From: Lingula anatina
Taxonomy: Eukaryota; Animalia; Brachiopoda
Assembly (NCBI GenBank): GCA_051362555.1
Contig: CM120640.1
Location: 40,216,788-40,280,787 of the forward strand
Direction: 5' to 3'
Length of the DNA stretch: 64,000 nucleotides
Positions 12,637 to 27,749 of this stretch are shown here, piece after piece. A program made the translations under genes and the position numbers. Under the pieces are notes generated by a model. The model searched no databases and was not told the DNA's origin. It worked only from the letters and a program-made list of their open reading frames with translations. The stretch's first letter is position 1. Each line of letters starts with the position of its first letter.

Positions 12637-15462
12637 TTTTAAAGGGATACAATCAAAACGTGTATGTCAATGGTTTTAAGTGGTTCATGATATGCTATTT
12701 CCAAGTTGCACATATGATATGTTCCTGTGAGTGGTTCATATTGGCTCTCATCACTCCCCTCACTTGACCAGCCTGTGTCACATATGCACCCTTTTCCTTT
12801 GTCATTTTGGTGGCCATGGTGACACTTATAGTGCTTCTGAAACATTGCATTTTTCATTCTATATGTATATAAATATTTCATTTGTATTCTTAATTTTCAA
12901 CTTAGATACCATATGACAGTAAAAAAATTAGAGTTAATTCTGAATGCATTTATTATATGGTAAATGAATGTGAATTATCAGCACTCATCATGCCAATGGG
13001 AGTGATGAGTTGGAATTAAAAGAAAAGATAAAACTATTTGCACTAAAAAACAAATGGTAACTGGAATGTATCAAACTGTTCAAATGAGATTATCTAATGC
13101 ATTTCAAAGAAACGTTGCGTGACAAAAGAAAACTTACAATTTGCATTACATCCAATATTTCTAGATCTGATGATGCTTTGCTACCAGCCATGTAATTCAA
13201 ATCTTCTTCTTCCAAAGCTAGGTCAAAATCTCTGCACTGATTGAACTCCTTCAAATAAACCTAGGTATTTACAATAGAATACGCATTTTATAATAATTTT
13301 TTCAAATTTTTAGGAAAAGAGTTTTTTTTTATTTGAAATAAGCCTCCCTGTCCCCCCTCCCGGCATTCTCATCGCCAACAAGTTTATCATCACCTCACAT
13401 TCTACCGACTTGTGAAAATAAAGAAAGAAAAAAATGAAATTATATAAAAAACTTGACCTTACATGGGTTAAAGATTCACAATATATTTATTGCTGTATCA
13501 AAACTAGATGTGGTTCTGTAGGGTATTTTACCAACTTTACCTTGGTGGGTGTGTTTCCTGCTGCTGCACCAGAAATACACGGAGGCACCTCTTCACACCT
13601 TCTAGTTTTATCATTGAAGACATTTCTAAAGCCATTGTATTTGACTACACAGTCCACAGGAGTACAACGATTCAGTCTATCTTCATCAGGACTTCCACAG
13701 TCAGGATACCCTAGATGAGCCAGGCAGAAAAAATATATTTGGCCATACATACATCTTGTTGTAAATATTGAATAATAATACTAATAAATAATAGCTGAAC
13801 ATTGCATGGAATTATCTTTAAATTAATTCTTTTTACCACTTAGTTACAATCTTTGTTTGACAAATAACTTAAAACATAATGACAAAATCTGGTAATATTT
13901 TGTCTAAATTATTAAAGTAAAATATTCATTCGTAACAGCTTATATTCTCTTCAATTCATGTTTGTCTCAGTTATTCATGGAAATAATGCAAACCTGTTTT
14001 ACCTTGTAAATCTGATGCAAACCAACTGTTATATGAAGCAGTTGTATTAAAATTAATCTGATGCCTTATTGCTTGACTTTTGTTGTAGATGGCATCAACT
14101 TGACAATATCCTATGCGATCTATTAAGTACTATATGAAAGAAAAAAACAGAGGCAAATTACAATGTGAAAGATAAAAAATAATCAATTTACATTTTTTTT
14201 AAAATCTTTTATAATACAACTTTTTAATCCACATTGCAGAGTATGTTTTCATTACAAAAACAGCAAGAAAAAATTGTTTAAGTTTGAAAATGACAAACCT
14301 TAGTTTGTGGCTAAGAAAAATGAGCAATGGAATACCAATGCCAAGAAAAATTAAAAGGTACATTGCTCATGACAGAAATGAGAAAAATGAGCAGAAAACT
14401 GTTAATGCTACTGTTCAATCAAAACTTACCAGGTTCACAAACATAAGGGTTATATTGCAAGAATCATATGGGGACAAAATGACTTTCTTTCCACCTATTA
14501 GATGCATGGACTAGAAAGAAAATATTGCAGTTTTGATATGCTAAAAAAAAATAAAATGTTTCTGAAAATTCAAATTAAAAACATTTTAGTATTAAATTTT
14601 AAAGTACCAAATTTAAATAAACCTGTTTTTATCATATACATCACTCATTAGCTACAGTTCCTGAATTGGTTTCACAAAAGTGAAACAATCACATACCTCA
14701 CAATCCTCTGGTGATTCTAGAAGGCAACATTTGTGCATCGCTGCTTTTAAATTCAGTGGTTCCTTTCCCTGATTCTGAGCTGTTACATCTAAGAAAAACA
14801 AGTCTGACTATACTTTTACAAATACTCAAAATTTAATGGTAACTGATAAATGTTTTTATCTCTCTTTTTTAATTATTCTTTTAATTATTCTTTTTTAGAA
14901 AATTTGGAATTTATAATTACATTTTAAGATGTAAAATGACAGTACAAGCACTTACAAAATATAAGGCCAGTATCCTCTCTGCCAAAAGGTTTAATCCCAG
15001 AATCCTAAAGCAAAAATTGTTACATTAGAATTTATGTACCAGATGTTTACCAACTGGTTTACTGCCATAATCATGTACAGTGTAGTCGTGGTAATAGGTA
15101 TGCTGTTAAGTAAATATATTTAAATCAACTCTGAAAATTGGCAATCAAATTTTGTCTTATTTTAGGATATACCATTAACTTTCATCAGTGAACTACCATT
15201 CTTGCAGATTCTCAATAACAATGCTGAATTAAAATGAAAATATATAAACATATGTATGTTTTCAATAATCTACAACATTTGAAAAAAAAGATGGTTTAAT
15301 GTACAATGTTTCTTGTTGCATGTTATTCACCTTTATCCTCAATGGGATTTGCTCTTCACATTCACAAGGGCTCATTATAAGTACATGTAGACAGAGGCAG
15401 ATGAGAATACCCTCATATATGAAAGAACGGCTACCCATTTTTGATCTATGCATTTGGCACAT
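10867..15462 (-). CDS. Uncharacterised ~474-aa type I membrane protein: signal peptide, Cys-rich ectodomain, EGF-like module, TM helix, cytoplasmic SH3-like domain
   Basis: Phase-consistent GT-AG exons on the minus strand: 15462-15331, 15004-14956, 14788-14697, 14510-14430, 14129-14003, 13710-13541, 13260-13138, 12836-12651, 12361-12148, 11397-11264, 10983-10867. They total 1425 nt with no internal stop. Hydrophobic N-terminus (ILICLCLHVLIMSPCEC); CxxPVDCxxKYxGxRxxF...CxxVPxC block; EGF-like CHHG...GCICDTGW...HMCN; TM AVICLFIGGFSLVILIVLMCYLIC; SH3-like AKVLSTHHANGSDELELIPGNIIT...GLWEGLCNHRRGLFPMGCVQ. The start could be a slightly downstream ATG (e.g. MGSR). Confidence 0.8.
11320..13019. repeat. 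Perfect 42-bp inverted repeat (11320-11361 in a coding exon; 12978-13019 in an intron)
   Basis: ttaattccaactcatcactcccattggcatgatgagtgctga is the exact reverse complement of tcagcactcatcatgccaatgggagtgatgagttggaattaa. Confidence 0.95.
12611..12636. repeat. (CA)n microsatellite
   Basis: Uninterrupted CA run. Confidence 0.95.
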
Positions 15463-15555
15463 ATATACAAATCTTAAAAGAAAAAGAAAAATATTATTAT
15501 ACAGATCTAAGGTGCAATGTGTATGTTCTTTTAATGACTAGATGTTAAAAGATTA

Positions 15556-15687
15556 ATCTGAATAATAATCTGTTTACTATACCAGTTCAAAGATGATTGG
15601 CTAACTAATACAGAGATATTAAATTATTCATCTGAATAATAATCTGTTTACTATACAAAGATGATTGGCTAACTAATACTGAGATAT
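15556..15687. repeat. ~60-bp near-tandem duplication in an intron
   Basis: atctgaataataatctgtttactatac...aaagatgattggctaactaatac.gagatat occurs twice, starting near 15556 and 15630. Confidence 0.85.
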
Positions 15688-16049
15688 AATTAGTCAAAAT
15701 AATATTGTGGTGCACATTTCAAAGCAAAATATTTGAAAGTAAGTCAGGAGTTATTTCATATGTTACAACTTACATGCACACTTGTACCCACCAGATATTT
15801 CTTTTCGAAATTCTGTTGACTTGTCAGTGCTTTAATGGTCAGTTAAGTGTATATCTGATGGAGATTGCAATTCAATTGCAAGGAAGCACCTACAAATTAC
15901 AAAACGTGTAACTTGACTGAACTATAAAAATAAAAGAAACCGGCCAAAAGAGACCCCAGTGTGCTATTACAATTCATCAATACACAGTACAGATACATTA
16001 GACTAAATATAAATCGTCATAAAGAATATGTAAAAACATAAGATACTTC

Positions 16050-16400
16050 ACAATTACGTGTGTATCACGATGAAATGGAACGTTTTGCTGACAAATTAGT
16101 GAACTAACTTTGTTCAACAACAACGTCGTCTGGTCCATTTCCGGTTACACTGGAACTCCGCATAAACAGTCACGTGATCGTTTCAATTTGAAAATCAAAA
16201 GTTAACATTGTATTTTTGCCTTTTAAAAACCTTTGAAACAGCAGTCTGTATTGCATTTTATTATGTTTTCTGCAATTAAAGACAAGTGATTGTTCGAAAG
16301 TTATTTTCATATCAAAAAGTACTGGCAGTTGGTTTTAAGTGCAGCCCTTGACATAACGAAAATTCAAACTGAGGGTCGGGCAAACAAATCGGTATGTGTA
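16050..16400. promoter_or_regulatory. Probable bidirectional promoter between the SH3-containing membrane protein gene and katanin p60
   Basis: The two start codons are head-to-head, ~1.3 kb apart. The region is locally CpG-richer, with an ETS-like TTCCGG (16139-16144) and an E-box CACGTG (16171-16176). Both ATG exons have upstream acceptor sites, implying non-coding first exons here. Confidence 0.55.
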
Positions 16401-16797
16401 AAAACTACATTAATATTCCAACAATATTCGCTTTCAGCGACTGGGTTTGATGTGCTGCTGGAGTCACGAAATAATATTTTCACTACTGAATTATATTTTA
16501 TAAGACAAACTTATTTCAGTTACATTAAACGTTGCTTCTCTTCAAAGATGTCAGATTATTGAACTGAATGAGGAAGCCGATTGTGAAGGGAATTAATTAG
16601 TTTATTTGGTCATGCATAAGTTGCAAGGCAATCAACGTTAAACATCTGATATTCCTTCTGCATTGTCTTTGGAATGAAATTTAACATTGGATAATTTTAT
16701 AGTAAGATTACTAATAAATGCATGATGAAAATGTATTTTTGATAAAACCCTGGTAGTAAGAATTAACCCACAATTTCTCTTTGTGACAGAACCCAAA

Positions 16798-21902
<5,105 letters not shown>

Positions 21903-23142
21903 GGATAAGACTCTACTGCCCAATCCATTATTATACTTAATCGTATTCTTTTTGTGTCAAAAAGAAGAAACCAATATATCATGGTTTGCATTAAAAAAGG
22001 ACTTATTAATAAGTGGTATGTAAATTTCTGTGGAAAAAGTTCACTTATATATTGTGGTACTTCCGTGGGTGTGAAGATAGATTTTAATAAATCAGTATTA
22101 TCTTTATTTAACATGTATATGCAATGAGATCATGTACAGTGTTTATTATTTATAGAAGGGATTGGATAAATATATTGGATGCACCCTTGTACTGATCAAT
22201 TTGCATTATAATCAAGGAAGAGAATTGTTGTATTGTTAGATTTTAAGCCTCTGTTGTGTATACATCAGCATGTACTTGTGTTGAATGAGTGTGAAAATAA
22301 TGGTTGTGAAAAGTAACCTCTTTTGGACATGTCTGATGAAAATTGAATTCTCAGTTTGTTATCTGGTGTTAAGTTGCATCCAGTGAAGAAACCAACAAAC
22401 TATTTCCACAAATTTCAGAATTTAATGTAATTGGTACTGTACCTTGTTATTAAAAGAAACTCCCTTTGTTACCAGTAGTGTCTTTAATAAGATAGCACTG
22501 TTTGCTGTGTATTTGAAAGTGTATTACCTTTTAAAACTTAATTAAATACTGCAGAGCTGTTATTGAAAATGCGACTTCTTGTTTTTGACTTTGTGATGTA
22601 AAATCAGTCTATGCTAGTAAAAGCAATCTACATGTATGTCGTTCTGTATGTGGACTTGCAGAAGACCTTCCCACCATTTTGCAAAAATACTGATGATGGC
22701 TGTAAGCACTCCCCCCCCCCCCATAAATAATTTTTTTAAGAAAAATCTTGAAAATCCTTTGATTACTGTGAAAAAAAAATAATAAAACCGTAAACTTTCA
22801 ATGAAAATGTCACAACAAAATTTATATTTAGAGATTTGCTTAAGCACGAACACCTACAATATCTAGCAATTGCTTGCTATTTCCCACCTAGCACAATGGC
22901 AGGATAAAACCCACCACTGGTTACACCGGCGTGTGGTATTTGTGTCCATAATGTTTGGCTTTAAGCAGCTTATTTTACAAAAAGCAATATATTTTCAAAT
23001 TTAAAGTAAAAGATGTGCGCATTTTTGATGTATTGAATGTCATTTATTCGTTTTGTGTACTAATAAAATAATACACATGCTGGCAATGCCTGTGACAGAC
23101 CATGCAGATGACCTTAACCCTAAATAACATCACAACAACAAC

Positions 23143-24357
23143 ATGGCAGCTATCACGCACAAAGCTTTGAAAAGCACCGGGAGAATTTTCGCAAATTTGG
23201 CAATTATAAGGGGGAAATATCTGAAACAGACCCCCAGGAGATATAGTAGTTTTCCCAAAGAAGCCGTTGCCATCCAATACAGGCAGCATGGAGACCCAGT
23301 TAAAGTGCTGTTTTGGTCTGAAGTTCAATTGCGGAAACCCGAACAAGGAGAGGTGATGATCAAAATGTTAGCCGCTCCAATAAACCCAATAGATATATAC
23401 ATGATACGCGGTACGTATCCACTTAAAACAGAATTACCACACACTGCTGGTATTGAGGGTGTGGCTGAAGTGATTGAAGTCGGTGAAGGTGTATCAGCAT
23501 TAAAGAAAGGGGATTGGGTCATCCCTGCCAAAGGCGGGCTAGGGACATGGTGTACTCACAGTATATGTGCGGCAGAGGATCTCACGTCGGTTTCCAGGAA
23601 AATCCCACTTCTTAGTGCAGCTACACTTGCCATGAGCCCATGTGTGGCTTACCGCATGCTTACTGATTTTGCAGACCTCAAAGAAGGTGATTACATCATT
23701 CAAAATGGTGCTAACAGCTCCGTAGGCCAAGCAGTGATACAGATTGCTGCTTCTCGTGGTATTAGGACGATTAACATTGTAAGGCATATGCCAGCTGATG
23801 ATCGCAGGATAAAATACCTCCAGGATATTGGTGGAACTCACGTCCTCACTGAGGAGTTCTTGCGATCTGGTCAGATGAAGGAATTCATGACCAGCCTTGG
23901 AAGGCCAACACCTTCACTCGCTCTAAATGGTGTGGGAGGGCCCTCAGCTACAGAGATGTTACGCTACTTGGCACCTGGTTCAAATGTTGTCACATATGGG
24001 GGTATGTCCACTCAGCCAGTTATCATACCCTCTGGCAAGCTTATTTTCAAAGATCTCCACTTTCATGGAATCTGGATGATGGATTGGAATCAGAAGCATT
24101 ATGCAGACTCCAAGCAAAAGCGTCAGATGTACGACGAACTTGTTGACTTGTCAGTCCAGAAGAAACTGCGTCCACCTTTCTGTGAGCTTGTTCCGATTTC
24201 AGACTTTTGTGAGGCAGTTGAAATAGCAGTTGCTCCATTCAAATCTGCAAAGCAGATCTTTGTCATGGATCAGGAACTGCTTAAAAAGTTGAATGAAACT
24301 AAGATGATGCAGTCTGACAATGTTATAAGAGAGGAAGTGGAAAAGGACATGCTTTAA
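23143..24357 (+). CDS. MECR: Mitochondrial enoyl-[ACP] reductase / trans-2-enoyl-CoA reductase-like (MDR family), single-exon CDS
   Basis: Uninterrupted 404-aa ORF with a basic transit-peptide-like N-terminus. MECR motifs include KMLAAPINPxDI..I.GTY, GDWVIP..GLGTW, AYRML.DF..L..GD.IIQNGANS.VGQAVIQIA, VTYGGMS.QPV, LIFKD...G.W and KQI. Confidence 0.9.
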   Translation: MAAITHKALKSTGRIFANLAIIRGKYLKQTPRRYSSFPKEAVAIQYRQHGDPVKVLFWSEVQLRKPEQGEVMIKMLAAPINPIDIYMIRGTYPLKTELPHTAGIEGVAEVIEVGEGVSALKKGDWVIPAKGGLGTWCTHSICAAEDLTSVSRKIPLLSAATLAMSPCVAYRMLTDFADLKEGDYIIQNGANSSVGQAVIQIAASRGIRTINIVRHMPADDRRIKYLQDIGGTHVLTEEFLRSGQMKEFMTSLGRPTPSLALNGVGGPSATEMLRYLAPGSNVVTYGGMSTQPVIIPSGKLIFKDLHFHGIWMMDWNQKHYADSKQKRQMYDELVDLSVQKKLRPPFCELVPISDFCEAVEIAVAPFKSAKQIFVMDQELLKKLNETKMMQSDNVIREEVEKDML

Positions 24358-26229
24358 GAACTGGGCCAGCTTTTGCTTCATGCAATACCTAAATCTCATC
24401 ATGTTTACAAAACATTGAAAATTTGATTTTCAGGGCAATTTTAAAATTACATGTTGTTTGTAAAGACACTAACTGTTGTAAATTTCAGCATTGCAAGATG
24501 CCTTTTTATAATGCTGTGCTTTACACGCATGTGCAGTGTACTGCACAATTGCATCAAACGAATTTTATGGTAGTATAAATTAAGATCAAGTTGTATGGTT
24601 TCATTCAAAAGGAGTGCAACTCCTTCTGTATTTTATGTAGTTGGTGTAAATTCACTAAAAATTATGTGTGATATTAGTTTGAATTAATTATTGACTTTTT
24701 ATTTACCAAATGCAATACATTTAAAACGTACAAGTGGCATAATCTGTAGATGGGCAATTTGTTTTTTTGTGATGCTTCTGGTTACATATAGGTATGCCAG
24801 TTATGCTTTTGAGTATATTTGTATATTGAAGCTGCATGGTCATGAAATGACCCTAACTGTAATCTCATTTAAGCTTGCTAAATGTACATGAATTATTTAA
24901 AAACAATTTGAGAGCCATTTTTCCAATTTGATCTCTTAGGTAGATGATTAGAAATTGGATGACTACATATTCAGTCTGAATTCCAGATAGCCATGTGCAA
25001 GTGAGTGGAATTTTATTCTCAATTACTCAGTCTGTTGACAAAGTCACAGATGGGAAGAAACTTATCAAAATGCAATGTGTTGCAGCATGGTGATAATAAA
25101 AGTTTAGGGTCAAGATGTTTTTTTTAGAGAGGGAGAGAGGATTGCTTATATTGGCAACAGGTTAGGACTGAGGAAATTATTATTTCATGTCAGGTTCTGT
25201 GTTAAATCTTTTTGTTACATTTTGTTGTTTTCATTTCTGATTTGTTCATTGTTATGAATCAATCTCAAATCAAGATACCAGTAGGCTTGGTTGTTTTTAG
25301 GCCACTTACATGTATTACATAGTAAAAGATAAAGTCAGTTTTCAAGGGGTGGGGTGTGGACTCCCAAACCTAAAGTATGTTCAGGGGACTGGTGAGTCCT
25401 GACATCTTTTTTTTTGTATGTAAAAACAAGAAGTACATATCTTGGTTTCCTTGTCCTAAGCGTGCCCATAAAATATGTCCTAGGTGCTGAGCTATTAAAT
25501 GCCCTATTTTAGTGTGCATATAGGGAGCCTTCTGATGCAAAATTGGGACATGCAATAGATAGACTCATACCTTATTTTTATGGATATATTTAACTGCTCC
25601 ATTGGTTATCATTTTCTTGCTTGGATATAACTGGGTAAAATCAATATCAAAATAGTTATGGTAAACTTCAGAGACTTTTAAATTTGGAAACATCAGATTT
25701 CCTGTAAATACCAAGATGTATGATAAAGTACATAATGTAATGAAAAAGTCCAAATATGGAGGAAAAAACTTCAAAAGAAGAGACAAGTGTAAAACAGCAT
25801 TGCAAATTGCATGATAAAGTTACCATTGGTAATGTAATTTATGTTGATATTGCACAATAAAGTTACAAAAAGTTACAAGTTTAAGTGTTTCAAACTTTCA
25901 TTTAGAGGGCATCTTTTTAATGAAGATGTATAGATGACAAAGTTGTGAATACTTCCATTAATTCTGCATACTTTAGGAATTACTTAAGAAGAAATGTCAT
26001 CTATGACCCAGTTGAATGTTCCATTCACAGCGTCAATGTATTTTTCATGAGAAAATTTTCAAAGCCACCAAGTTAGATCTTTCGTCAGCACTAACTTGAG
26101 GGTTTTGCAGATTTTTATTTTAACTGATTTTATGAAACTAAGTTGGTTAAATCTAGAGTCTAAAGAAAAGTAAAATATAACCAGATACAAGTTAACAGCT
26201 AGGAGGTCAGCTAGTATGTGTGTACGTCT

Positions 26230-26502
26230 TACTAAAAACACGTTGTGCCGCTATGACGCATGATTGTGCTTGCTGTGACAGAGGCAGTCGTGAATGACGT
26301 TGCAATTTGTCGTCCATTCATTGGTCGAGAATGACCTCATCGTCCTTGAATGGTGAATGACCTAATCTGAGCAGATTTGTGTCAAGAGGGTTTTTCCTAG
26401 CTAAATTTACCCCCTATCAACTGGTGTCAGATTACAGGGGCCGAGTGGAAGACATTTTCAAAAAAGAGGTTCGACGGAGAGAGAATTACGCTGTTCTATA
26501 AG
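26230..26502 (+). promoter_or_regulatory. Likely promoter and non-coding first exon of the MAPK phosphatase gene
   Basis: CpG-richer patch with CRE/ATF-like TGACGCA (26254) and TGACGT (26295), reverse CCAAT ATTGG (26320) and TGACCTCA (26332), followed by a donor AG|GTAGGA at 26502/26503. Confidence 0.5.
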
Positions 26503-27535
26503 GTAGGATTTTTCATATATTAGGGTGAATATCTGCGGTTTTATCGATTGAATGCCAGCTGTTTGAAATCACTTGTTGAACTGCAACCGGGGAAACTGTC
26601 TACATAGTCAACTTTGGAAGTAAATTCAGAGGCTGGATATTGCGTAATTTCTAAGAGAATTAATTCTTCACCCCATTATAGTACTATTAAATTATATTTA
26701 TTTGTACTAAAGTTTACTAATGTAATACTTCACTTATTAACAACGTTATCTTATGGCTCTACACACGCTTTGGTAATTTCTGATTGCCCACTTCCTCAAG
26801 CTTGAGGCCAAGTTGAATGGCGGAGTACATGTATGTAATAATATCATGAAAAATATCTAATACGTGTACAGTCCATCTGTTGCAGCAGATTTGAAACATT
26901 ATTGTGAAGGATCAGTGTTTTGTGTCCATTTAAGTTTATTTCCTAGCAGTAATTGACACCAGGGCCGTTTGCGTGAACAAAGTTTTTGAAATGAAATTTA
27001 GTTTAAATTCTATCCGATATACATTGTATGGACAAACGTTTATTTTACAGACCTGATAACACCTATATGTTGGGTTTTAAACAGCAGAAATGATGGGTAA
27101 AATGAAGGTTTTGCTCATTATAAGACCTTCCCGAAAGTTGTACAAAAATTTCAGCAAAATTAAACAATGAAAAGATTATGTTACTTTTATATTTTTAGAT
27201 GTGATGTCATCTGTTATGTGTTCACTGTGCTATTGTGCCATGTGGTATAGATCCCAGGGTAGCAACGATAATGAAGACTTTGATATGTACAGTGCAGATT
27301 AGTTTGTTAAAACTGCATGCACATTGGCAGAAGATAAAGCCATGGTACTGTGTGTCGTTTAACAAGGGTTAAAATATAGAAAATCATATCATCAGCAAAA
27401 GAATAGCTGTGAACGTAGTTGTAAAAGCTGTAAAATTATGCAATAACTAAAAACTAGACTAAAAACTTACTTAAATCTGACCTTCAACCCAAGACCTCCA
27501 AAATACTTCCATTAAACAAGCTCTCTAAATCCTAA

Positions 27536-27749
27536 CACCCCATTTCCATAGATTAGATCGACCTACTTTGGATCGACCTAACTCCCTGGGGGTTCGCGCT
27601 GAATAGCTGTCATCCGGGCGGACACGAAAGTTAATTGCCCCTTACGGCTTGTAGTGGGCGGGGACGGACACTTAAGGGGGATTATCTGACGGTAGTCTGG
27701 TGAGACTCCCCGCGGTGATAGATCGATCTAAAGTTGTGGGAATAGACCC
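27536..27749. mobile_element. PIF/Harbinger (Tourist-like) MITE, family A, copy 1
   Basis: Imperfect TIRs (CACCCCATTTCCATAGATTAGATCGA / TCGATCTAAAGTTGTGGGAATAGACCC) with a 3-bp TAA TSD at 27533-27535 and 27750-27752. The interior is homologous to 55074-55298. Confidence 0.75.

Noticed and set aside
15262-15330. Continuation VNNMQQETLYIKPSFFSNVVDY resembling a cadherin-like beta-sandwich motif
   Set aside because: It follows an AAG|GTGAAT donor and ends in a stop, so it is intronic read-through.
23044-24402. Several short minus-strand ORFs
   Set aside because: They are antisense shadows of the MECR CDS.
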